From Malacoraja senta (taxonomy: Eukaryota), in the NCBI GenBank assembly GCA_038087875.1, contig CM075990.1, forward strand, positions 17,920,001-17,984,000: a stretch of 64,000 nt of DNA, in the 5' to 3' direction. Shown one piece after another: positions 49,836-61,619 of this stretch. Position 1 is the stretch's first letter, and each line of letters opens with the position of its first letter. The position numbers were made by a program, and so were the translations under genes. A model generated the notes under the pieces. The model searched no databases and was not told the origin of the DNA. It saw only the letters and a list, made by a program, of their open reading frames with translations.

Positions 49836-50733
49836 ATCGGTGTCGGAGGGGGCGCTGCAAGCCGGCAGCCCTGCCAGCTGCGTGTTAGTTTTTTCAATTA
49901 AAAAAATAATAATTTAGGGTGTTTTAATGTGTGTTTTTAATATCTCTGTGTGTTGTGTGGGGGGTGGTGTGGGGGGGGGTAAGGGGGGCTTTGGTCGCCT
50001 CCTCCACAGAGAGGCGACTTTTTTCCATGTCACCTCCCCCATGGCCCAACATTGAGGATTGGGCGGGCCTTTCCCAGAGAAGCGCCCAGGGAGCCGGCGA
50101 GCCCTCGCCGGGGGTCACCGGAGGGGAGCGCTCCATTCGCTGGCCCGCGGCAGCCTGAAGCCGCACTCTGCGGAACTCCAGCTGGCGCGGCTTCCGCAGC
50201 CTGGGATCCCTCGTTGGGGACCCGGGAGAAGAAGCTCCGACCGCTGGCCCGCGGCCTACTACCGCGGGCGCGGCGGAGACTTACCATCAGGAGCGGGGTC
50301 CCTCGCTGGGGACCCCTAGAGAGGAGCTCTGACCGCTGGCCCTGCCGTCCGCGGTGCTTCTGGCTGAGACACTGCGAGAACTTTAAATCTTCGAACGCCG
50401 GCTTGCGGCCTACACCAACCTGAAGCCGCGGTCTACGGTGGGGCAGCACCGATTCAGGACTTACCTGGACTTTATCTGGACTTTGCCTTGTCTGAACTTC
50501 TGGACGCCCGCAGCGACGGCTGCAGAGGGTTGAGGTCCCGACCACGGGGGAAAATGGAGGAGGACTGGCCAAATTTTGTGCCTTTCACCACCGTGATGAA
50601 TGCTGTGGTGGATGTTTGTGTTCAACATTTTTATTGTGTTTTTGAGTGTTCTTTTTCATTGTACCGCTGCTGCAAATTCATTTCACTTGCACTTTATGTG
50701 CAAGTGACGAATAAAACTGATATTGATATTGAC
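49836..50733 (+). mobile_element. GC-rich non-autonomous retroposon, apparently full length (copy E)
   Basis: Same 5' block as copy D; stem-loop at 50584-50612; tail GTGACGAATAAA(CTGATATTGATATTGA); inserted into CR1 ORF2. Confidence 0.7.
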
Positions 50734-51339
50734 AACAATGGCAGGTATTTCTGGGAATAATACAGAAGGCACTGTATCAGTTCATTCCAAAGAGGAAGAA
50801 AGATTCTATGGGGAGTAAGAGGCGACCGTGGCTGACAAGGGAAGTAAAGGACAGTATAAAAATAAACGAGAAGTATAACATAGCAAAGGTGAGCGGGAAC
50901 CCAGATTAGAAAACTTTTAAAGAGCAACAGAAGATAACTAAAAAGGCAATACGAGGAGAAATGATGAGGTACGAAGGTAAGCTAGCCAAGAATATAAAGG
51001 AGGATAGTAAAAGCTTCTTTAGGTATGTGACGAGGAAAAAATTAGTTAAGACAAATGTGGGTCCCTTGAAGACAGAAGCAGGTGAATTTATTATGGCGAA
51101 CAAGGAAATGGCAGACGGGTTGAACAGGTACTTTGGTTCTGTCTTCACTAAGGAAGATACAAACAACCTCCAAGATGTACTAGGGGACAGAGGATCTAGG
51201 GTGACAGAGGAACTGAAATAAATCACATTTGTCAGGAAATGGTGTTGGGAAGACTGATGAATCCCCAGGGCCAGATGGTCCCAGAGTAGTCAAGGAAGTG
51301 GATCTAGAAATCGTGGACACATTGGTGATCATTTTCCAA

Positions 51340-53009
51340 TCTATATTACTAAAAGTCTGATCTTGACCACTTCCTGTTGTTCTGTATATTGATTTTAGAA
51401 AAAACGCTGCCACTTACGGCTGTGATTTTTGGCCATCTTACTCCGAGTCCCCCTCCGCTGCGCAAGACAAGAGGATTTTTCCCATCGATTAAAAATAAGA
51501 GTTATTAGTGTTTAAAAAAATGTTGAGATTCTCTCTCCTGAAGGCCACGCCCCTTCCGGAGGGACTATAAAACCCGGAAGTGTTGAGTGCCTCAGTCAGT
51601 CTCTGCAAGATAGGGGAGCCAGAGGGTCACGTCTCTCAGTCTGAGCTGTGAATAACACTGAACACATGTCTACTAAACTGTGAGTGGTTTTACTGACCTG
51701 TCAGTGCCCTTAATGTGGTTTGAAAATATAGTTTGGAAATGCTCTAAAGCTGTGTTGCCTTTGGTTTGGAAATGCTAAAGCTGCGTTGCCTTTGGTTTGG
51801 AAATGCTAAAGCTGCGTTGCGTTTGGTTTGGAAATGATAAAGCTGCCTTGCCTATGGTTTGGAAATGCTAAAGTTGCCTTGCCTAGTTAAAGTTGCCTTG
51901 CCTAGTTAAAGTTGCCTTGCCTAGTTAAAGTTGCCTTGCCTAGTTAAAGTTGCCTTGCCTAGTTAAAGTTGCCTTGCCTAGTTAAAGTTGCCTTGCCTAG
52001 TTAAAAGTTGCCTTGCCTAGTTTAAGTTGCCTTGCCTAGTTAAAGTTGCCTTGCCTAGTTAAAGTTGCCTTGCTAGTTAAAGTTGCCTTGCCTAGTTAAA
52101 GTTGCCTTGCCCAGTTAAAGTTGCCTTGCCTAGTTAAAGTTGCCTTGCCTAGTTAAAGTTGCCTTGCCTAGTTAAAGTTGCCTTGCCTAGTTAAAGTTGC
52201 CTTGCCTAGTTAAAGTTGCCTTGCCTAGTTAAAGTTGCCTTGCCTAGTTAAAGTTGCCTTGCCTAGTTAAAGTTGCCTTGCCTTCTATATAATTAAAAGT
52301 CTAATCTTGACCACTTCCTGTTTGCGCTTTATATTGATTGTAGAAAAAAATGCTACCACGTACCGCTGTGATTTTTGGCCATCTTACTCAGTCCCCCTCT
52401 GCTCATCAGGTGCCGAGGATTTTTCCCATCAATGAAAAATAAGAGTTTAGTGTTTTAAAAAATGTTGAGATTCTCTCTCCTGTCAATCACGCCATGAAGG
52501 CCATGCCCCTTCTGGTGGGAGGCGGGGAGGGACTATAAAACCCAGAAGTGAGGGCGTGGCTCAGTCTCTGCAAAATAGAGGGAGAGGTCATCGACTTGCT
52601 GTCTTTAGTGGCCTTGCACCCTGCTTGACATGGTATGAAACTGCACTTGAATCTTGTGGCCTTGCACCCTGCTTGAAGTGGTAAGAAACTGCACTTGAAT
52701 TTGGTGGCCTTGCACCCTGCTTGAAATGGAATTTCAAGGAATAGCCGTGAGTCAACTGCCAGCCCACCAGCCGTGAGTGAGTGAGCTGCCAGCACAACAG
52801 ACTTGAGTGACTGAGCCGCAAGACCAAGAATCCATTCAGCCCACAATGTCCATACTAGCCCTCTGGAAACCAGTCCCTTCAGCCCACAACACCCATACTA
52901 GCGCTCCAGAAAGTCTCCCCCCCCCCCCCTCCACTGGCCACCAATATTGGAGTTGGGGGACCAGCCCTCCTGTGTGATGCTGTGACCCAACGGGTCCCAC
53001 TTGGTCTAG
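51340..53009 (+). mobile_element. non-autonomous Helitron with internal minisatellites
   Basis: Starts TCTATATTAC and ends GACCC-AAC-GGGTC hairpin...CTAG; inserted between A and T of the host CR1 (ttttccaa^tgttctata) with no TSD; second 5'-end copy at about 52284. Confidence 0.92.
51730..52283 (+). repeat. compound minisatellite: ~5 x 31-bp then ~21 x 19-bp (AAGTTGCCTTGCCTAGTTA)
   Basis: Directly visible tandem arrays inside the Helitron. Confidence 0.95.
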
Positions 53010-53800
53010 TGTTCTATAAATTCTGGATCAGTTCCAGTGGATTGGAAGGTAGCTAATGTTATCCCACTTTTTAAGAAAGGAGGGTTAGGGTTAGGGTTGG
53101 TGGTGGGGAAGATGCTGGAGTCAATTATTAAAGATAAAATAGCGGCACATTTGGATAACAGTAACAGGATCAGTCCAAATCAGGATGGATTTACCAAGGG
53201 AAAATCATGCTTGACTAATCTTCTGGAATTTTTTGAGGATGTAACTAAGAAAATGGACAAGGGAGAGCCAGTGGATGTAGTGTTCCTGGACTTTCAGAAA
53301 ACCTTTGATCAGGTCCCACATAGGAGATTAGTGGGCTGAATTAGAGCACATGGTATTGGGGATAGGGTACTGACATGGATAGAAAATTGGTTGGCAGACA
53401 TGAAACAAAGAGTAGGGGGTTAACTGGTCCCTTTCAGAATGGCAGGCAGTGACTAGTGGGGTACCGCAAGGCTCGGTGCTGGGACCGCAGCTATTTACAA
53501 TATACATTAATGATTTAGATGAAGGGATTAAAAATAACATTAGGAAATTTGCAGATGACACAAAGCTGGGTGGCAGTGTAAACTGTGAGGAAGATGCTAT
53601 GAGGATGCAGGATAACTTGGACAGGTTGAGTGAGTGGGCAGATGCATGGCAGATGCAGTTTAATGTGGATAAATGTGAGGTCATCCACTTTGGTGGCAAG
53701 AACAGGTAGGCAGATAATTATCTGGATGGTGTTAAGTTAGGAAAAGGGGAAGTACAACGAGATCTGGGTGTACTTATTCATCAGTCACTGAAAGTAAGCA

Positions 53801-53939
53801 GGTACACAAAAGTACTGGAGAAACTCAGCGGGTGCAGCAGCATCTATGGAGCGAAGGAAACAGGCAACGTTTCGGGCCGAAATCCTTCTTCAGACCGGGA
53901 ATACCTTCGATTTTCCAGCATCTGCAGTTCCTTCTTTAA
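53801..53939. mobile_element. Penelope-derived inverted pseudo-LTR insertion
   Basis: 15-bp target duplication CACTGAAAGTAAGCA (53786-53800, 53940-53954); same GGTACACAAAA start and 3' end as 16109-16296; minus-strand hammerhead-like motif at 53866-53893. Confidence 0.85.
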
Positions 53940-55154
53940 CACTGAAAGTAAGCATGCAGGTACAGCAGGCAGTGAAGAAAGCTAATGGCATGTTGGCCTT
54001 CATAACAAGAGGAGTTGAGTATAGGAGTGAACAGGTCCTTCTACAGTTGTACAGGGCCCTAGTGAGAGTACACCTGGAGTATTGTGTGAAGTTTTGGTCT
54101 CCAAGTTTGAGAAAGGACATTCTTGCTGTTGAGGGAGTGCAGCGTAGGTGCACAAGGTTAATTCCCGGGATGGCGGGACTATCATATGCTGAAAAGATGG
54201 ACCGACTTGGCTTGTATACTCTGGAATTTAGAAGGGTGAGAGGGGATCTTATTGAAACATAAGATTATTATGGGATTGGACACGCTAGAGGCAGGAAACG
54301 TACTCCCTATGTTGGGGGAGTCCAGAACCAGGGGCCACATTTTAAGATTAAGGGGTAGACCATTTAGAACGGAGATGATTAAAAACGTTTTCACTCAGAG
54401 GTGGAATTCTCTGCCTCAGAAGGCATTTGAGGCCAATTCTCTGGATGCTTTCAAGAAAGAGTTAGATAGAGCTCTGAAAGAAAGTGGAGTGAAGGGATAT
54501 GGAGAGAAGGCGGGAACAGGGCACTGATTGTAGATGATCAGCCATGATCAGTGAATGGTGGTGCTGGCTCGAAGGGCAAAAAGGTCTACTCCTGCACCGA
54601 TTGTCTAAAAGCCCAACATGTCCATACCAACCAAGATGGTCCCTTCCAGCTACTCCCACCTGCCTTTACATTGCCCACATTCTTCCAAACCTCTCTTCTC
54701 AATGTTCCTGTCATTTGGAATAATATTGAATACAAAAGTAGGAACATCATGATGAAGCTGTACAAGTTATTGGTTAAACTAAACTTGTAGTTTTGGTTGC
54801 TCAGCTAATGGAAGGAAGTAATTAAGTTAGAATAGGAGCAAAAGAGGTTCGCCAAGATGTTACCCGGACTTGCAGGCTTGAATTATAGGAAAAGGTTGAA
54901 CTTTTTTTGTTGGAATGCATGGGGCCAAGAGGTGAGTTTATTAAGATGTGCAGGAGTATTTAAGAGGCCTTTAGATTGGCATATGGATATGGTGAAAATG
55001 GCAAAATATGGATCACATGCAGGCAGGGGAGATTAGTTTAACTTGGTATCTTGTACGGCAAGGACATTGTGGGCCAAAAGACCTGCTCCTGCGCTATTAC
55101 AGCACCTCAACTACCTCCTCCAGCACAATAAATTTCATTCCCTATAGCAAATTA

Positions 55155-55340
55155 AACAAATTTGATTTTGATTCAATTTATTGTCATTGCACTTTTCAGT
55201 GCAACGAAATGGTTTAGCCTGCAGCCATAACATAGAATAAATAACAAAAACACACACTCAACACAGTTTAACATCCACCACAGTGAGTCCACCAGGCACC
55301 TCCTCACTGTGATGGAAGGCAAAAAGTCCCAAAGTCCAAA
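55155..55340 (-). mobile_element. 3' end of GC-rich retroposon family (copy F)
   Basis: 14-bp stem TCCATCACAGTGAG/CTCACTGTGGTGGA at 55274-55316; tail TGACAATAAA(TTGAATCAAAATCAAA). Confidence 0.6.
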
Positions 55341-55731
55341 GAAATAAAAGTATGAGTGTTTGGTCAGCTCTGGAGTTTAAAATAGTGAAAGACCTGGATA
55401 GTGTGGACACAGAGAGGATGTTTCCACTAATGGGAGGGTCTAGGATGAGAAGACACAGCCTCAGAATAAAAGGACACACCTTTAGAAAGGAAATTAAGAG
55501 GAATTTCCTTAGTCAGAGAATGATGAATCAGTGGAATTCATTGCCACAGACAGCTATGAAGGGCAAGTCATTGGGTATGTTTAAAGCGGCGATTAACAGG
55601 TTGTCGATTAGTAAGGGTGGTAAAGGTTATGGGGAGAAGGCAGGAGAATGGGGTTGCCAGGAAAAGATAGATGAGCCATGGTTGAATGGTGGAGTAGACT
55701 CAATGGGCTAAAAGACCTAATTCTGCACCTA

Positions 55732-56806
55732 TCTCTATACTTATAACACTCTGATCTTGGTTGTGTATTTATTTGTGTGATGTTCGTGTGCGTTTCACAT
55801 CTCCTCGACAACACGACGCGCTAACGGTGAAATTTTTATATATTCCGATAGAGATTTACACCATGATGTCAAAAATTGCCTTATCTGAAAATTTCATGCA
55901 TTATTTCTCTAGTTATTTATGAAAATGTTCACAAATCTCAAAACTTAGAAAATAAACAATGTCTTGCTGATGATGTCACAATGGATCTGACTGCCTGCCT
56001 GCCTCTGCTCATGCTGCGAGTGACGTCACGCCTGTTAAGTCTTCTGTACTTCTTGGCTTCTTAACTTTCACTCCTTTAAATCTGTCACTTAGCGTCTTTA
56101 AACTGCTGCTCAGGTCCTGCTGCGCGTTTCGCTGGGCTCCTTGAAGTTCTAGAACATGGCGACGGCGGTTGTTATCACCATGCGGGGCAGCGCGGTGGGA
56201 AGGTGACCGTGGCGGCCATTACTCCCTCCGGGAGAGGCCGTATATGGAGACCTGTGATTCCTCCGTCGATCGCAGGGACTTGGGGAATCGTCGCGCGTTT
56301 TCCTCGCTGGTGATCCCGATTCAACCTGCCGATCCCTGGCCGTCACGGGGGATGACCTCTCCGCCTCCCCGTCCGATCATCTGTCACGGGGGTGGGTGGG
56401 CTTCCCCTCGCTGAAGCCATGATCGGCCATGCCCTCCCCTGCTTTTGACCGTCCCCAGTTCGCGCTCGCCCGCAGCCTCCCTCGAGTCTCTGCCGCCCGC
56501 TCGCCGTGGGCCCCGCAGCCCGGCTCCCCTCCTCTACCCCCCTCCCCTCTCCTGCCTCATCTCCCCCCCTCCCCTCTCATCTACCCCCTCCCCTCCTCCC
56601 CCCTCCCCTCCTCCCCCCTCCTCCCACCTCCTCTCATCCTCTCCCCCCCTCCCCTCCTCCCCCTCCCTTTTCTCCTTCTCTCCCTCTCCTCCCACCTTCC
56701 TGTGTTTGTGTGGGGGGTGGTTAGTGTTAGTGTGACGCCGAAGGCCAACCCCCCCCCCCACCTGCGCGTTGAGGGGACGGGATCCAACGGGTCCTACTTG
56801 GTATAG
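55732..56806 (+). mobile_element. second non-autonomous Helitron
   Basis: 5' TCTATACTTATAACACTCTGATCTTG resembles the 51340 start; 3' GGATCCAACGGGTCCTACTTGGTATAG|T resembles 52984-53009; different GC-rich interior. Confidence 0.75.
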
Positions 56807-58164
56807 TGCCGTATAAAATTATGAGGTTTCATATACATACCTCAACTGCCCAGATCCCCTTAGCCCTCAATCTCCTAATCTTTCATAAAATTAATCCACC
56901 TCCACTTTAAGTACTTCAAATGAGGTTAACCACTCTCTGCTAGAACATTTCAGTTTTGGATTCATTTTCTAGTGAAAAAAATCTACTCTTAGGATATCAA
57001 TAAGTTTACCCCTCATTCCTCTATCAGTAGATGAAGTTGATCAGAATATTGTTCAGAAGAAACAATTCTAAAATTTACCCTGGCCCAAAACTCAAACAGA
57101 AGCAGCATTGGCTTTAAGTTAAATACATTTTAGATTAACTTCAATTATATGAGGACAAAATTTACTTGGTTTTTAATTTGTTGCACCACTTACACTAGTT
57201 CTGCAGTTTAGCTAACATTCTTTCATGTTTTTTTTCCCTTCCACTATAAACAAATAGAATATTTCTACTCAACAACTTCAGATAAGCTACAGGAAAGCTA
57301 CAATTAACATAATTTATTATAATTTCGCAGTTGAGAGGAAAACCACTGCATTTGTATGAAGCATGAATTTACAAGGCAGAATAAGGAGTCAACAAGGTCA
57401 GTGTATAATACCCAGAAGTTTTCCTTTTAAGGGTGCCCCATTTTGAGAGCTCAACATTTCCATAAAAGGCTACTATCCAAAACAACTTTTTTTTTTGTTT
57501 CATATTGGCTTTGAAGAGCAAACAGACAATTTGACTCTTCTTTCAGTCTCTATTCGACCAAGGGAAAAGCATTTATACAAATCTTAAAATTTTCACACTA
57601 GACTAATGCGAAAGTCTGACTCTTAAAATAGATCAGTTTGAAGCAATCAACACAAAGGATAACGTTTCTGCATATTACAACAATATGGAATTGATGGAAT
57701 TGGCCAAGTTGGTCAAGAAAGAATAGGGGAATTTTACACAAACGTTGCATCAAACAAACCTTATTCAATGCCTTTTTCTGCCCAACCGGCTAGTAGTACA
57801 AATTCCTGTTAAATATAATCCTTCTACAGCGTACATAACTCAGGATGTTGACGGGGGGGGGGGGGGGGGGGGAGGAAGGAGCAGGATGGAGTGCAGTCTT
57901 CCTATTTTGAAGGCAATTATGCAGTAAATGTTCACAGCTGCAAAGATTATGCGGCCTTCTCAGTACCAGGGTTAAGGACCTGTCCTCGAACTGGAGATGA
58001 AATCTAACCCTGATCCTAAACAGAATATGACAGGAAGTGACAGGGTGTATAAATATAATCAGATTGGAAAAATACAGGAGACCTAACAGAAGTTTGAAGC
58101 GAGGTAAAGATAGGGCAGACGGTTGGTACCTTTATCCCAGGCTGGAATTAGAGGGCATAACTTT

Positions 58165-58560
58165 AATGTCAAGGCAAGAGAGTTTATTGTCACGTGTCCC
58201 AGATAGGACAACGAAATTCTTGCTTGCTGCAGCACAACAGAGTATTGTAAGCATAAATACAGAACAGTTCAGTGTGTCTATATAGCATAGACCATATATA
58301 TACACACATAAATAAACAGATAACGTGCAATAGGCTGTTATAGCTCAGAGTTTGTTTGATGGCGCGTTTAATAGCCTGATGACTGTGGGGAAAAATCTGT
58401 CCCTGAACCTGGATGTACCAGATTTCAGGCTCCTGTACCTTCTACCCAATGGCAGCGGAGAGATTAGTGTGTGACCAGGATGGTGCGGGTCCTTGATGAT
58501 GTTGGCAGCCTTTCTGAGGCAGCGACTGCGATAGATCCCTTAGATGGTGGGGAGGTCAGA
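58165..58560 (-). mobile_element. Rex1/Babar 3' end
   Basis: Similar to 29040-29365 joined to 30192-30290, i.e. it shows the uninterrupted state of that junction. Confidence 0.8.
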
Positions 58561-58562
58561 AC

Positions 58563-58765
58563 AGTCACAGTGGCACAGCGGTAGAGTTGCTGCCTTACAG
58601 CAAAATGCAGCTGTAAGAGACGATTCGATCCCGACTACGGGTGCTATCTGTATAGAGTTTGTACGTTCTCCCTGTGATCTGCATGATCTTCAGTTTCTCC
58701 AAGATCTTCGGTTTCCTCCCACACTCCAAAGACGTACAGGTTTGTAGGTTAATTGGCTTGATAAA
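58563..58765 (+). mobile_element. tRNA-derived SINE, 5' part
   Basis: gtggcacagcggtagagttgctgccttacagc...ttcgatcccgactacggg...ccaaagacgtacagg. Confidence 0.8.
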
Positions 58766-60899
58766 AAAAGTAAAAATTGTCCAAGTTGGCGATATGCAGA
58801 GTACTACCCTGCCGACTACAAAATTCAAAAGGTTCATAAAAACTAAATTCTGTACCCATGAACAATGATTTCACTGAACTGCCGCAATAGGTAACAATAA
58901 TCAGAGTTCCTTCCACTCCAACAAAAGACAGACAAATCAAAAGTTTACACCTCAACCCTTGGTAATGAAACTAGAATCTCAGTACTGTTACAGCATTAAA
59001 ATCAACAACAGGTCAACTCCTTACAATGCAACCGATTCTGTTCTATTCTGCTTCAATTATTTTACCATAAGTGTTATCCAATTGCTATCCAATTCCTTTT
59101 CAAAACTCCTACTCTCTCTACAGGCAACAAGTTCCAGACCACAGCCACTCAAGATTTTCCTCAGATGCCTCACGTCTGTTGTAAATTGAGCAATACAACA
59201 TTCATACATTCAGCAGAGCACATTGTTTATTGCCAGCTTTAGAAATCAAAATTTAATGAGTAAACCAAGAAAGATTGTGGAGTTCAAGGAAACTGACACT
59301 AGAGGGGGGGAAATAGCATGAAATAAACATGTCAGGCAACATCTGTGGCAGAGAAAGTTAATAATTAAAGAAAATAACCCTTCATTTTTTCAAATATAAA
59401 AGCAGTTATCTGAAAATCAATAATTTCTTCCTCCATACACACTGCCTCACCTGATGAGTATTTTCGACACTTGTAATTTTCATCGATCAATTATTTAGCA
59501 GTCTGATTAGTCAGTAATCAGTCAAATTCAAATCTCCAGAGCCTATCATAACCTGAGAGTAAATTATAAATTATGTCTGGAGTACTGTTTACAACATTTC
59601 ACCATGCCAGTAGGAGGCAAGGACTCAGAGTGCGCAAGAGAGGCAGTGTCACATGGAAAATACATGAAAAGGAAGATCTGTATTAATCTCAAGTTTCTTA
59701 GCCTCCTCACAGATGGAACATTGGAATGTTTGACAGCCATTGGCAAGACAGAACAAGCAACTTTCAGAAAGCTTGGAGCAAGCAGGACAATTGATCTAAG
59801 TTCAGAGCGATGAACAACGTTGGCATAAATGGGAGTAACCAACCGTAATGCCACAAAGGACGAAGCCCAGGATTCTGGCCTTATTCAAGGTAGAACATTT
59901 TACAGGCTAATAATACAGTAAAAGGTTTTCACCTTGGTACACAGGAAAATAAAAAAATAAAATCAAAGCAATTTTATGGTTGCCTTTTTTGGATCATTTT
60001 GTAAATTGGTGAAAATACCTAAAATTAAAAAGGCACATTATTCATCGGTCTGTGAAACAATACATTACTAAAACTTGAATCTTGTTTCCAGAGATTGAAA
60101 CAACATACCACTGCACTAAGCTTAAACAGTGTTTTAATGACATAAGCTGTAATTTTCTTCTTTCTTCAATTCTACTGGGTTTTTCTGTTCACAAACTTCT
60201 GCAATTGTCGCTCAAATTGTCTTTCAAAACAAAATTGTCAAATGTTTTTCAATAAATCAAGCTCTAAAACATAATGCAATCCCAAAATTCCCACCTCAGT
60301 GTTTCTGTGTCAGTAAAATGTGAATACTGCAGGCAACTTAGTACACAATATTAAGACAAATTAGATTTATGGTATTCAGGTTGCGAAGACAGTAGTAGTC
60401 GAGAGCCACTGAAAAGTAATTACATTTATTTTTAGAATGAGTTTAAATTTTCTATTTGTGCTCATCTGCCATATATGCTGTTTGCTCTCTGACCAATTGT
60501 GACAGAAAATAATATATTTATCCAGACTTCAACATTCTTAGTGTTGTTTTGGAGACTTCAATTCCTTCTCCAACCAAATGAATAACCTTCCATATGATAC
60601 ATTTACTGGTGTGAATACATAATTGATGGGTTTAAGGGCATTTTTCCATGCTGCATCTCTAAACTAAACCAAACTGAACCTCAGGGAGACTAATGGCTCA
60701 TTTCAGATGATATCATGGTATAGAAAGTGGCACAGAACAGCTCAGAAAGTATCAGCACGTGGACCTTCTTTGCCATAATTCTTTAGAGTATAGGTAGTGA
60801 TTTTTGACTGTAGTAGCAGTGCTTTGAGTGAGAATAAAGCCCCTATTGTCATTGGTACAGTATCTGTTATAATGTTACGTGTGAAGACCAACTCCTCTT

Positions 60900-61120
60900 G
60901 GCCGGTACCCCAGTAACCCATAGCTCCACCCTTGCTAACTCCTTCCCCTAGTCGCAACAGGGACAGAGTCCCCCTTGTCCTTACCTTTCAGTTCGCCCCC
61001 ATCAGCCATCGCATACAACACATAATCCCATAACATTTTTGCCACCTCCAACGGGATCCCACAAGTCACTTTCCCTTCTCCACCCTTTTCCACCTTCTGC
61101 AGAGACAATTCCCCTGGTTA
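60900..61120 (+). mobile_element. Penelope-like coding remnant
   Basis: RDRVPLVLTF..IQHII..HLQRDPT..PSPP motifs from the RT-to-GIY-YIG linker. Confidence 0.65.
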
Positions 61121-61619
61121 ACCCGATCAGCCATGATCACAATGAATGGCGGTGCTCGCTCGATGGGCCGAATGGCCTCCTCCTATACCTATTTACTATG
61201 TTTCTATGTAAAAATAGTTCCCTGCACATCTCCTTTATACTCTAGAATTTGATATTTTCATCCTGGGAATAGGTTCTGACTATCTACATTACATACGTTT
61301 CATAATTTTATTTACCTCTCCCTGCAACCTTCCAGAAAGAATCCAAGTCTGTCGAAACTCTCCCTCTACTTATTATCGCCTAATCCTGGCATTATTCTGG
61401 TAAACCTCGTATGCAAAGCTTTTTCAAAGCCTCCATATCATTCCTGTAATGGAGTGACAACATAAATGCATATTAATTGGTTTTAGAGTGATTAAATTTT
61501 GACATAAATGTAGAAAGATTGGTTAGTAAGCCTGCGGGTGACACCAAGATTGCTGCGATTGCAGACTGTGAGGAAGACTGCATACAAATGACCAAGTCAC
61601 TGTTAATGACATCGTAATC

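Larger units (their letters stand above)
47710..54605 (+). mobile_element. near full-length decayed CR1 LINE (5' UTR, ORF1, ORF2, 3' UTR) with three nested insertions
   Basis: ORF1 CKMWEV..YTCRNC zinc finger and SGNH-esterase-like VVGDSIVR..VHVG..DGFH (48018-48932); ORF2 APE from about 49110; RT at 53037-54500; interrupted at 49836-50733, 51340-53009 and 53801-53939. Confidence 0.9.

Noticed and set aside
51870..52283. Regular short repeats resembling a CRISPR array
   Set aside because: The units are contiguous with no unique spacers, the context is eukaryotic, and the array lies inside a Helitron. It is a minisatellite.
52941..52950. CArG box CCAATATTGG (vinculin is an SRF target)
   Set aside because: It is a single 10-mer inside a Helitron, and several are expected by chance in 64 kb of AT-rich sequence.
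59925..59975. T-rich tract plus CCAAG|GTGAAA on minus, a possible recursive splice site in intron 1
   Set aside because: The AAG acceptor and GTGAAA donor are both weak; this is expected by chance in AT-rich DNA.
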